Below are positions 49,491 to 58,540 of a stretch of 64,000 nt of DNA, in pieces; positions within the stretch are counted from its first letter, which is position 1; every line of letters starts with the position of its first letter. Source of the DNA: Escherichia phage teqsoen; sequence record MN895436.1. One strand, 5' to 3'. The notes beneath the pieces are model-generated. The model saw only the letters and a list, made by a program, of their open reading frames with translations, ran no database searches and was not told the DNA's origin. The translations under genes were made by a program, and so were the position numbers.

Positions 49491-49960
49491 TCAGTGATAA
49501 AGCTATTTAAATTTTGGGTATATTTCTTTTCATCAAAAATCTTTTGTTGTCTGCGTAAACGCCATGGCATTTCAATGAACGTGTACCATATCCCAGATAA
49601 TATTGCTGCTGTAAAAATATTAACAAGTATGGTTAAAATAATCCAATCTCCCGTTCTGTCTACTGGACTTTCTCCAAAGAAGCAAAATACAAATGATGTC
49701 ACAGGAAAACTAATAATGTACCACAGAATCATAATTTTATCTGTGAACCAATCAGCATTTGTTAACTTAGCACGACCATTATGAATACACACGAATTTAT
49801 CATCTGTTATAATAGATGGCTTAGCTGCTTGATATCCCATTCTAAACTCCCTAATCAACAAATTTTTCATATCTTCGGAACAACCATTCCAGTCAACTCT
49901 ATTAACTGAAATGCCATCATCCCCATCATCTAAATCATACCAGCGAGTTTTTAAAATCAT
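49472..49960 (-). CDS. membrane protein (paralog family)
   Basis: 162 aa; TM helices; C-terminus FITECRKLK. Confidence 0.5.
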
Positions 49961-50319
49961 TTAATTTTCCTACAATCACTCACAAACTCTTCCATTGATT
50001 CTTTTTCAATATAAGACATGTAGCTATTATATTCCTTTAATTGTATTTTGTAATCCTTTTTTCTTTGCCAATTTATTTTAAAATTATCATAATGAAAATA
50101 TAACATGGTACCAAAGAATGAAAATAATGAAATAATTTTAGTATAGTGAAGTTCACTCCAAACTTCTATTATATTTACTGTGCCGTCAATGTTTAAAATA
50201 AGACAGTCAATTAACAATCCAAAAAGACTACCCGCAAGAGCTGCAGCCAACGCTACAGCAAAAATTAAAAATGACTCAGGAAGAGAATATTTGACTTTAT
50301 TTAGTTTTGGCTTTTGCAT
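49957..50319 (-). CDS. membrane protein (paralog family)
   Basis: 120 aa; C-terminus FVSDCRKIK. Confidence 0.5.
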   Translation of the reverse strand: MQKPKLNKVKYSLPESFLIFAVALAAALAGSLFGLLIDCLILNIDGTVNIIEVWSELHYTKIISLFSFFGTMLYFHYDNFKINWQRKKDYKIQLKEYNSYMSYIEKESMEEFVSDCRKIK

Positions 50320-50714
50320 CGTGATTCCTTAACAAATTTCATAATTTCATCAAATTCATGCGCAGCAAGTTTAAGCTGATGTTCCTTTTTAATCTTTTTA
50401 CACTGAGCTTTCCAATCACGTACACGTTTACGATAGTGTCTTCCTTGATACCAGTATCCTATCCAATTTATAGGTACTAATAAAAGCGGAACTACCAATG
50501 GAAGAATTAGTGTTGCTCCAAATATTGCACCAGATTCAATATCAGTCATAACGTCTATAACTATTCCAGCAATCAGCAGAATCACAAATGATACGGCTAC
50601 CACAGGACCTATTAACACATCAGTAGAAATTATCTGACGCTTTAATTCATACTTCAACGGTTTACTTGGAAGGTATAGTGATGGCTTTGACATATTCTCT
50701 ACATTCCTTAACAA
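50301..50714 (-). CDS. membrane protein (paralog family)
   Basis: 137 aa; C-terminus FVKESRCKSQN. Confidence 0.5.
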   Translation of the reverse strand: MLRNVENMSKPSLYLPSKPLKYELKRQIISTDVLIGPVVAVSFVILLIAGIVIDVMTDIESGAIFGATLILPLVVPLLLVPINWIGYWYQGRHYRKRVRDWKAQCKKIKKEHQLKLAAHEFDEIMKFVKESRCKSQN

Positions 50715-51267
50715 ATTTTTCTAATAATAAATCGCTTTCAAAATTGGGATTTTCTACGAATTTATCAAAAAGATCATCAACAATAGTTAAGATATTCTTT
50801 TTACTAAGAATACGTTTATTTTCATGCTTTGTTTCAGAATCAACTATAAGAGTAAAGAAATATTTCTTGCCCTGAAATTTTACAGTAGTATCAATATAGA
50901 ATAAATTTGACTTTTGTAAATTACGTTTAAACCATGCATCACTTAAACTATAAACACCAAGATAATCATAATCGTCGTTTAAATAACATACTGTCCATTC
51001 AGGAGAAATGAAATCAGTAAATTCAACATCAAAATCACATGTTAATGAATGAATTGATTCAATACTGTTAATAAGTATTCCAGGACGTATTAAAGACTTT
51101 TTACCTTTATAAAATCCAGAAAGACTTTCATCAGTTTCATATGAAGAACCCCAATAATAATTACGTCCTTCTGCCATACGTTTAAGAGCATTTAATAATT
51201 GGTCTGGAACATCAACCTGTCTTTGGAACTCTTCAAACATTGAATTGAAATCACTTTGCATTTTCAT
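50662..51267 (-). CDS. hypothetical protein
   Basis: 201-aa ORF. Confidence 0.5.
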   Translation of the reverse strand: MKMQSDFNSMFEEFQRQVDVPDQLLNALKRMAEGRNYYWGSSYETDESLSGFYKGKKSLIRPGILINSIESIHSLTCDFDVEFTDFISPEWTVCYLNDDYDYLGVYSLSDAWFKRNLQKSNLFYIDTTVKFQGKKYFFTLIVDSETKHENKRILSKKNILTIVDDLFDKFVENPNFESDLLLEKFVKECREYVKAITIPSK

Positions 51268-51288
51268 TCCTACTTACTCCAAGTAATA

Positions 51289-51302
51289 GGGGCCGAAGCC
51301 CC
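51289..51302. terminator. GC hairpin (GGGGC-CGAA-GCCCC)
   Basis: perfect hairpin in intergenic gap. Confidence 0.45.
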
Positions 51303-51308
51303 TTATCA

Positions 51309-51902
51309 TTATTTCAGAGAATTAATGTATTCCTGAACATCGGCAGAGGTAGTTTCAACCCCAGAAATATTGCCATTAAAGGTTTCAACTCGAGCAAGAG
51401 TATCTTCAATATCAACCTTAGTCAGTGCTGCAATTTCAACTACATCATCAGCAGTACTAATTCCAAGGGCATTTGCTGCACGAGTTTCACGGATATATTC
51501 CAATTTAACTGCAAGTTCTTGGCGAGCATCATCCAATTCAACTACTTTCTTGGCGATTTCAATTCGCATTTCAGCATAACCATCAGCTTTAGTAGTCAAC
51601 TGTTCAGCTGTTCGACGATATAGCAAGCCGAGTTTAGCATGCATTGTTACATCTTGACCTTCCGAAAGAAGCTTGCGAATTTCACGCTCTTTTGATTTGG
51701 CCTGCTTATTCTTTTCGACAATAAGTTCACGAATACGCTTTTCTTCATTAATAGATTTAACAGAAGCAGTTTTTAGATCTTTAATTTTATCAAGCAATTT
51801 TGCTGCTGCGGCAGTATACTGCTCTTCAACAGATAGATTTTTAGCCATAGCAGAACCAAGTTTAGTGCGAATAAACTCAACAATTTTCTTCAGTGTGTTC
51901 AT
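51309..51902 (-). CDS. coiled-coil protein
   Basis: 197 aa, largely helical with heptad-like pattern. Confidence 0.5.
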   Translation of the reverse strand: MNTLKKIVEFIRTKLGSAMAKNLSVEEQYTAAAAKLLDKIKDLKTASVKSINEEKRIRELIVEKNKQAKSKEREIRKLLSEGQDVTMHAKLGLLYRRTAEQLTTKADGYAEMRIEIAKKVVELDDARQELAVKLEYIRETRAANALGISTADDVVEIAALTKVDIEDTLARVETFNGNISGVETTSADVQEYINSLK

Positions 51903-51958
51903 AGTATTTCCTTAGGTTGGTATAATTAGATAATATCACGTTTTAATAGATTGTAAAC

Positions 51959-52294
51959 TTATTCTTCGTCTAGCTCGTCGATAAAGACGTTGATGGCCTC
52001 GATAACGGCATCATTGATAGCTAATAAAATAAAATCATCGTCAGTACCTTTAGAAGATTCTAAAGCATTGATATATGCTTGGTTGGCGAGTTCCCAAGCC
52101 TTTTTAAAATAAGGAGCTTCATCATCAGGACAAATATCCCGCACGCCTTCAAAGATACGTTTGGCATAATCTAACACCCATTGTACAGGCATGTTTTGAG
52201 AACGTTCGTTAAACTCTTTAAAGTCCTTAGATTCAAAAAGCTCTTCAGGATAATTATTTCTATTACAAAAAGCTTTACTAAAGTTACGTTTCAT
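51959..52294 (-). CDS. hypothetical protein
   Basis: 111-aa acidic ORF. Confidence 0.5.
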   Translation of the reverse strand: MKRNFSKAFCNRNNYPEELFESKDFKEFNERSQNMPVQWVLDYAKRIFEGVRDICPDDEAPYFKKAWELANQAYINALESSKGTDDDFILLAINDAVIEAINVFIDELDEE

Positions 52295-52338
52295 AATGTT
52301 TTCCTTGTGATGATAAGTCTATAGTAACGCCTTCATAC

Positions 52339-52503
52339 TTAGATGTAAACTATTTCAACATCGCCTTTTGCTGTTTTATAACCTTCAGCCCAAGATACAA
52401 CCGAGTTTTTATCTGAAGATTCAAATTCTGGCATTGGGCTTTCGCCAATGTTCACGCAGTATGTTTCTTCATTTTCGTCGAACCAAATAATTAAAGTAGT
52501 CAT
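52339..52503 (-). CDS. small acidic protein (54 aa)
   Basis: MTTLIIWFDENEETYCV...; GGAGAAATAA RBS; below track cutoff. Confidence 0.35.
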   Translation of the reverse strand: MTTLIIWFDENEETYCVNIGESPMPEFESSDKNSVVSWAEGYKTAKGDVEIVYI

Positions 52504-52571
52504 TTATTTCTCCGTTTCTGTATTTGTTTTGATAAGTCTATAATAACACCATCCTTGGTGTTTGTACACAA

Positions 52572-52847
52572 TTATTTCATATTATTGAAATATTCTTCTG
52601 CGATTTCGTCGTTATCATGGTAAACTTTAGAAGACAGTTTAACATAACCTTCAGCAGTGAACATGTTAATCACAACCTTTACAGTATACCACTGACCATC
52701 TTCATTACCCATTACTGCGTAAGTTTCAAACATCGGATGGTCAGGACCGATAACTTTAATATCATTCACTGTACGACCGAAATCTTCTGAAACACATTTC
52801 ATAAAGAAGTTGAACAGTTCGCCGTAATTATCCATTTTATTCTCCAA
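52572..52847 (-). CDS. hypothetical protein
   Basis: 91-aa ORF directly downstream of promoter cassette. Confidence 0.5.
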   Translation of the reverse strand: MENKMDNYGELFNFFMKCVSEDFGRTVNDIKVIGPDHPMFETYAVMGNEDGQWYTVKVVINMFTAEGYVKLSSKVYHDNDEIAEEYFNNMK

Positions 52848-52878
52848 GTTGTTTTCTGTATCAGTAGTTGATATTGAT

Positions 52879-52908
52879 ATAGTACCATGGAAGAACAGGG
52901 ATGTAAAC
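52879..52908 (-). promoter_or_regulatory. early promoter cassette
   Basis: GTTTAC, 18 nt, TGgTACTAT; about 65 bp near-identical to 10435-10500. Confidence 0.7.
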
Positions 52909-53041
52909 AGTTTTGTGAAAAAATTTTTTAAAAAGTTTTGGGGAATTCTGGGGCAGGGAGGGGCAATTAAAGGATAGGATAATATATTATAACGGGTAGA
53001 AACTAAATGATGTCTGGAGAGGCCCAGAAAGGCCTAGATGC

Positions 53042-53069
53042 CAAAAAGCCCCAATCTTTCGGTCGGGGC
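53042..53069 (-). terminator. hairpin terminator
   Basis: GCCCCGACC-GAAA-GAUUGGGGC followed by T-run on minus strand. Confidence 0.7.
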
Positions 53070-53077
53070 TAAGAATG

Positions 53078-53551
53078 TTATTTGATTTGTTTAGCAGACC
53101 AAATGCGGTCTTTGATAATTTTTTGGATGTCTTCAACATACTCAAGAGAGTGAACATGTGGATTATCTTTGAAACTATGAGCTCGCGCAAGTTTCTGGCC
53201 TTCAGTTTTGATTACTAAAAGCTCTTTAAGGATAGCTTCATATTTGGAGATAATTCCTTTAACAATATTTTTCTCTTGTGCGACTTTAGGATCTGCTTTA
53301 GGAGCAGGTTTACCCGAAGCCTTTGCAAAAGCAGCGCCAGTAGCAACTAAACTTTTCCAGGCCATACTAACTGCATTTCCCGTAAATCCTTCCGCTTTCA
53401 TGTCGCGTGCGAACTGGAATCGCGATTCATCAGAAGCATCTTTATAGGAATATTTACCCGCTGCAATGGCTGCTTTTGCGACAGCTTGAATTTCGGTGCT
53501 AGATGCTTCATTTAACACCGCTTCATTTAAAAATTGAGTATATGATTTCAT
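53078..53551 (-). CDS. protein with capsid-targeting-like N-terminus
   Basis: 157 aa; N-terminus MKSYTQFLNEA; Ala/Lys-rich; TATAAATA upstream. Confidence 0.65.
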   Translation of the reverse strand: MKSYTQFLNEAVLNEASSTEIQAVAKAAIAAGKYSYKDASDESRFQFARDMKAEGFTGNAVSMAWKSLVATGAAFAKASGKPAPKADPKVAQEKNIVKGIISKYEAILKELLVIKTEGQKLARAHSFKDNPHVHSLEYVEDIQKIIKDRIWSAKQIK

Positions 53552-53591
53552 CTTATTTCCTGTTTTAATTCGTGGATTTAATATACTACTA

Positions 53592-53599
53592 TATTTATA
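53592..53599 (-). promoter_or_regulatory. late promoter motif
   Basis: TATAAATA on minus strand about 40 nt upstream of ATG 53551. Confidence 0.55.
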
Positions 53600-53600
53600 C

Positions 53601-53628
53601 CAAAAAGCCCCAACCTTTCGGTCGGGGC
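53601..53628 (-). terminator. hairpin terminator downstream of tRNA/stable-RNA cluster
   Basis: GCCCCGACC-GAAA-GGUUGGGGC (9-bp stem) followed by T-run on minus strand. Confidence 0.75.
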
Positions 53629-53669
53629 TAAGCCTTGCGGCAACCTTGTCGGGGTTCCACCTGCTAAGG

Positions 53670-53943
53670 CAAGTGTTTGTACGAAACGCCGGGATTCGAA
53701 CCCGGTTATTAAGCAGTTGACGCTACTCAATATTTTTAAAAGGCCATATCTCGACCATATCCGAACGTTCCGTCAAAAACGCTACTCGGCTTACGGCAAA
53801 GATATTTCCTCGAATCGATAATTCGGTGCGCCGTTTCTGCTGTGATGTAAGAGGGCATCAATAAACGCAAGGATTATTAACGCAATTCCTTACTCAGGGA
53901 ACATCAGTCCGACGACTTGCCGGTAGCGACCCGGCTTCTTGTC
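53670..53943 (-). ncRNA. candidate structured stable RNA(s) with tRNA-like 3' domain
   Basis: T-arm-like CCGGG-TTCGAAT-CCCGG and 8-bp acceptor-like stem but no canonical cloverleaf or CCA; no ORF. Confidence 0.35.
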
Positions 53944-54019
53944 TGGTCGAGGCAGTAGGGATCGAACCTACGACCCAGGACTTAGAAGGTCCTTGCTCTT
54001 CCTTCTGAGCTATGCCTCG
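53944..54019 (-). tRNA. tRNA-Arg: tRNA-Arg (anticodon UCU)
   Basis: hand-folded cloverleaf, 76 nt, acceptor CGAGGCA/TGCCTCG, CCA encoded. Confidence 0.85.
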
Positions 54020-54023
54020 TATT

Positions 54024-54098
54024 TGGCGGACGTGATAGGATTCGAACCTATAACCAATCGCTTAACAGGCGATCGCTCTGCCATTGAGCTACACATCC
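54024..54098 (-). tRNA. tRNA-Asn: tRNA-Asn (anticodon GUU)
   Basis: hand-folded cloverleaf, 75 nt, anticodon loop CUGUUAA, T-loop TTCGAAT, CCA encoded. Confidence 0.75.
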
Positions 54099-54102
54099 AA
54101 AT

Positions 54103-54189
54103 TGGTGGGGAGTGGTGGAGTCGAACCACCCGAGTCGCAATGACAATGAATTTACAGTCCACACCGCTACCTCTACGGGATAACTCCCC
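54103..54189 (-). tRNA. tRNA-Tyr: tRNA-Tyr-like (anticodon GUA), class II
   Basis: 87 nt; perfect acceptor GGGGAGT/ACTCCCC, T-arm, variable-arm hairpin, loop CUGUAAA, CCA encoded; D-arm pairing imperfect. Confidence 0.6.
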
Positions 54190-54201
54190 TAATTCATAAT
54201 T

Positions 54202-54276
54202 TGGTGGCCCTGGGTGGAATTGAACCACCATCTGGCGATTATGAGTCGCTTGCTTGAACCTTCCAGCTACAGGGCC
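54202..54276 (-). tRNA. tRNA-Ile: tRNA-Ile (anticodon CAU, Ile by analogy with T4; could be Met)
   Basis: 75 nt cloverleaf, acceptor GGCCCTG/CAGGGCC, CCA encoded. Confidence 0.75.
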
Positions 54277-54277
54277 T

Positions 54278-54353
54278 TGGTGCTGATTGACGGAATCGAA
54301 CCGCCGACGTCCTCATTACAAGTGAGGTGCTCTACCTACTGAGCTAAATCAGC
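54278..54353 (-). tRNA. tRNA-Thr: tRNA-Thr (anticodon UGU)
   Basis: 76 nt cloverleaf, acceptor GCTGATT/AATCAGC, CCA encoded. Confidence 0.9.
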
Positions 54354-54359
54354 AAAAAC

Positions 54360-54449
54360 TGGCGGAGGCGATAGGATTTGAACCTATGAGTCGCCGGAGC
54401 GACTGCCGGTTTTCAAGACCGGTGCATTAAACCACTCTGCCACGCCTCC
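54360..54449 (-). tRNA. tRNA-Ser: tRNA-Ser (anticodon UGA), class II
   Basis: 90 nt with long variable arm, acceptor GGAGGCG/CGCCTCC, CCA encoded. Confidence 0.9.
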
Positions 54450-54451
54450 AG

Positions 54452-54525
54452 TCTCCATACAAGGATTTGAACCTTGGACCTCCTGATCCCAAATCAGGCG
54501 CTCTACCAAACTGAGCTACACGGAG
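54452..54525 (-). tRNA. tRNA-Pro: tRNA-Pro (anticodon UGG)
   Basis: 74 nt cloverleaf, loop UUUGGGA; acceptor stem has two G-U pairs; CCA not encoded. Confidence 0.75.
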
Positions 54526-54535
54526 TAAATTAAAT

Positions 54536-54609
<74 letters not shown>

Positions 54610-54614
54610 AAATT

Positions 54615-54701
54615 TGGTGCGAGAAGTGGGACTCGAACCCACAAGGAAATCATTCCGCAGCATTTTAAGTGCTGTGCCTTTACCAATTTGACCATTCTCG
54701 C
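54615..54701 (-). tRNA. tRNA-Leu: tRNA-Leu (anticodon UAA), class II
   Basis: 87 nt with long variable arm, acceptor GCGAGAA/TTCTCGC, CCA encoded. Confidence 0.9.
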
Positions 54702-54702
54702 G

Positions 54703-54775
54703 CTGGGAATAAAGGACTCGAACCTTTGCATCCTGGAATCAAAATCCAGTGCCTTACCAACTTGGCTAATTCCCA
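54703..54775 (-). tRNA. tRNA-Gln: tRNA-Gln (anticodon UUG)
   Basis: 73 nt; D-arm GCCAAGUUGGUAAGGCA as in bacterial tRNA-Gln; CCA not encoded. Confidence 0.85.
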
Positions 54776-54872
54776 ATTATTAACAAAGGCTCTCAAACAA
54801 GAACCCTTGATGATAGAGGGTATTAATCAGTGCGGTATGAGTTAATAATAACAAATAATTCTTAAAGCATAT

Positions 54873-55166
54873 TTACCATTTATGATAATACATATTTACG
54901 ATGCATTCAAGACCCAAAGGATTCTTGAAAATATCATATTCAAGAGGACCTTTTTCTGTTTCAATAAAGAAATCAAAATTTACTGTATTAAATTTACGGT
55001 CTTCCTTCACTAATTTAACTTGAGAAGATGAACGGTCAACATAAACCTTTTCAACTTCAAAACATGTTAAAATGCCATAATCATCAATCAAGGCTTTAGC
55101 TGCTTCTTGATCATATTTATATCCATTTTCAATGGATGATACTTTAGCATAAAGAATCATTATCAA
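54873..55166 (-). CDS. hypothetical protein
   Basis: 97-aa ORF. Confidence 0.5.
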   Translation of the reverse strand: MIMILYAKVSSIENGYKYDQEAAKALIDDYGILTCFEVEKVYVDRSSSQVKLVKEDRKFNTVNFDFFIETEKGPLEYDIFKNPLGLECIVNMYYHKW

Positions 55167-55585
55167 CCTTCATCAACAATAGTATGAGTATGGGCATTTA
55201 CAATTTGCCACCAATCAAAGCGATTAGAACCATACATCGGTTTGTTTTCATTTTCTTTGATAATATCACGAAGTTCATCTTCAGTAGCGGCTTTCGCGAT
55301 TAAATCAGCATATCCACCACGAGGATAATAATTATCACCTGCAAAAAGTAAAAAGTTTGGTTTAATGTTATTGAACTCTTCAAGAGTAATAACTGTTCCT
55401 GATGGTAGTTGAACAATCTCTACATATTTATATCCTAATTTTTGAGCAGCATCTACTGCTTCAAGCAAAGTATCATGAGCCCATCCAATTTGACAACCTG
55501 GCTTTTCAGATGGATTAGCCTGATAATCCGCGTACACTTTATACATTCTATTCACCTTTAGAAATTTTATCCATAACGACAGCAA
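55163..55585 (-). CDS. hypothetical protein
   Basis: 140-aa ORF. Confidence 0.5.
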   Translation of the reverse strand: MLSLWIKFLKVNRMYKVYADYQANPSEKPGCQIGWAHDTLLEAVDAAQKLGYKYVEIVQLPSGTVITLEEFNNIKPNFLLFAGDNYYPRGGYADLIAKAATEDELRDIIKENENKPMYGSNRFDWWQIVNAHTHTIVDEG

Positions 55586-55733
55586 TTAAACCAATTAAAA
55601 ATGCTACTACAAGTGAAAACACATTTTCTGCTGTAGTTAATAATCCGCATATAAATCCAACAAACATTGAAAAACTAAAAGCGGAAGCAGAAATTGCAAT
55701 AGCAACATTTCGAATTAATTCACAACGTTTCAT
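55548..55733 (-). CDS. small membrane protein
   Basis: 61 aa, two hydrophobic helices; AGGAGAA RBS downstream of promoter. Confidence 0.45.
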   Translation of the reverse strand: MKRCELIRNVAIAISASAFSFSMFVGFICGLLTTAENVFSLVVAFLIGLIAVVMDKISKGE

Positions 55734-55761
55734 TTTATTCTCCTCAGTAGTTGATAGGGTA

Positions 55762-55791
55762 ATAGTATCACCACCCTATCTAAAAGTAAAC
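55762..55791 (-). promoter_or_regulatory. early promoter with -10 inside an inverted repeat
   Basis: GTTTAC, 18 nt, TACTAT; flanked by GATAGGGT/ACCCTATC. Confidence 0.6.
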
Positions 55792-56025
55792 TTATTTTTT
55801 ACGAAAAATTGATTTATTTTCTGCTGCCCATTTTTCAATAACTGCAGCAGGACCAGTAACAACAATTTTATCACCGTAATCTTCTGCGGCGAGTTGACCG
55901 AAATTATCTAATGCATCACGAAGAACTCCATGAGGCATTTCACCCATTTTATCTTTCTTGCCGGTGTAAATAAACTCAACTTTTACATCAGAAGATTCAG
56001 CGATAAACTCTTTGAAAGTTTTCAT
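55792..56025 (-). CDS. protein with capsid-targeting-like N-terminus
   Basis: 77 aa from internal ATG: MKTFKEFIAES...; track ORF starts further upstream. Confidence 0.6.
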   Translation of the reverse strand: MKTFKEFIAESSDVKVEFIYTGKKDKMGEMPHGVLRDALDNFGQLAAEDYGDKIVVTGPAAVIEKWAAENKSIFRKK

Positions 56026-56059
56026 TTTGATTTCCATTTGGTTTTGTTTTGATAGAGTA

Positions 56060-56089
56060 ATAGTATCACTACTAAAACCCTGTGTAAAC
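56060..56089 (-). promoter_or_regulatory. early promoter
   Basis: GTTTAC, 18 nt, TACTAT. Confidence 0.65.
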
Positions 56090-56101
56090 AACTTTGTGAA
56101 A

Positions 56102-56359
56102 TTATTTTAAATCTTCTAATCGTTTCTTCATCTTAGAACCATTTTTAGCAATTTCTCCTGCATCTGAGCATAATGCTAAAAGTGCTTTAACTTTAGTTTG
56201 GTCTCCTTTAAAAGATGAAGGATCGACTGCAGCAGCAAGTTCTTTAATACGAGAGAAAAGACGCTCAGCTTCAGCTAAAGCCATTCCAAGCTTTACTTCC
56301 ATACCGTGGGAAGATTCGGTGATAGTAGTTTTTGTAGCAAACTCTTTGAAAGTTTTCAT
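56102..56359 (-). CDS. protein with capsid-targeting-like N-terminus
   Basis: 85 aa; MKTFKEFATKTTITES; AGGAAAA RBS. Confidence 0.6.
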   Translation of the reverse strand: MKTFKEFATKTTITESSHGMEVKLGMALAEAERLFSRIKELAAAVDPSSFKGDQTKVKALLALCSDAGEIAKNGSKMKKRLEDLK

Positions 56360-56389
56360 TTTATTTTCCTAATTAATTTTGATGAGATA

Positions 56390-56419
56390 ATAGTATCACT
56401 ACCTCATCAGCGTGTAAAC
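56390..56419 (-). promoter_or_regulatory. early promoter with -10 inside an inverted repeat
   Basis: GTTTAC, 18 nt, TACTAT; flanked by GATGAG/CTCATC; upstream element identical to the 56091-56113 copy. Confidence 0.65.
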
Positions 56420-56431
56420 AACTTTGTGAAA

Positions 56432-57128
<697 letters not shown>

Positions 57129-57129
<1 letters not shown>

Positions 57130-57854
57130 TATAGTACCTTTAGTGTATTTTTAATTTTAGAAAAAAGTTCTTCAAGAGAACCATCGTTTGTAATTACTAA
57201 ATCGCCATCACGAATTGGCAATCCAGCTTCTGTAATATGTGTATCATTGGATTTTTGACCAGGACGAACTACATGAATTACTGTAGCACCCATCGCCCTA
57301 GCCGCATCCATTTCATGATCTTGACGAGTATCAGGAACGATATAATAATCATAACCTGAGTTAAATTTATCAAGATAATCTAAAGCAAATAATTTTACCC
57401 AGTACATGCGGTCGAAGTTATTAACAATCAAATCCGTACCTAGGGCTTGCATCAGACGACGGACTGACCATTGATCTTCAATATTATTTATAACGTCAAT
57501 AATCTTGTTAAATGCTACGGAATTAACTGATTCTTGTCCTTCGTCATCAAAAACAAACACACCCTTAATTGGGCTTTTACCGTTAAGATAGCAAAATGCT
57601 TGTTCCATAATCGTGATTACTTCTGATTTAGTCAGATTTAAATTAGTCTCACGATCATAGTCAATTCCTTCAAACTCTTTACGAGTTAAGCAAGGATAGT
57701 CAGTGTTTTCTGCAAATACGCCCCATGCATAAGCCAATGCATCCTTAATAGGACCAGCAAGTTGGTATTTAACTGCAGAATAATTGCTCATGATAAAATC
57801 AGCAGTAGTATCTTTTCCACTACGCTTTACACCGCTTAAAAAGATTAGTTTCAT
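57129..57854 (-). CDS. 1: dNMP kinase (gene 1)
   Basis: 241 aa from MKLIFLSGVKRSGKDT (P-loop); track GTG start 57893 is upstream. Confidence 0.9.
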
Positions 57855-57903
57855 GTGTTTCTCCTCAAATTTAATTAAGATTATAACACACAAAACTGAA
57901 GCA

Positions 57904-58434
57904 TTAAACTTCTGCTATAATTTTTCCATCTTTTTCTACTTGAAAATATGTGTAAGGAATCGTTGCAGTACATACTAAAGCCGGGTCTGAATCTTCTGTG
58001 TAGCTAAATTCTACTTCAGATAGGTCAGAAACCCAAGGCTTATAAAAATTTATTGACATCACGATTTCAGTTTTGCTATTATCTAAGATGTAAAGCGTAA
58101 TGTACTCAGGACCTGTTTTTTGGGCAGTATTTTCACCTGTAAGATAGTTGCTAGTTCCTAGCATCCATTCATACATTCCTATCCACGACTTAAGTTCTTC
58201 ATCAACTATAAATCTCACAATGAGTGGATCATACTCAAATGTAACACCTGGACGTTGTGCTCGGCCCAGTCCAAACGGCCCAGTCACGGTATCAGTAACA
58301 GGTATTCTAATTCCTGGAATAGGAACTGACTGAGCATTTAAAGTAAAAGCAGATGTAGTATTACTATGTGGTATTGATACTACAAAGTTAGTTGTATTTG
58401 CTTGGTTAAAAATTTGTTGCAGAGCTTGCGACAT
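57904..58434 (-). CDS. 3: tail completion / sheath stabiliser (gene 3)
   Basis: 176 aa from ATG 58434 (GAGGAA RBS); T4 gp3 length. Confidence 0.85.
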   Translation of the reverse strand: MSQALQQIFNQANTTNFVVSIPHSNTTSAFTLNAQSVPIPGIRIPVTDTVTGPFGLGRAQRPGVTFEYDPLIVRFIVDEELKSWIGMYEWMLGTSNYLTGENTAQKTGPEYITLYILDNSKTEIVMSINFYKPWVSDLSEVEFSYTEDSDPALVCTATIPYTYFQVEKDGKIIAEV

Positions 58435-58540
58435 ATATTCCTCATAATGCTTTATAACTGTTGGTGGTATAATGGGTCTAAGTCCCTTCCATTCAATTCC
58501 ATTTAGAACAAACAACAGAAAAGAATGGAAGATAATAGAA

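Noticed and set aside
52987-53190. 67-aa minus-strand ORF overlapping the end of the CTS-like gene and its terminator
   Set aside because: Runs through the hairpin terminator and overlaps the 3' end of 53078-53551; no RBS.
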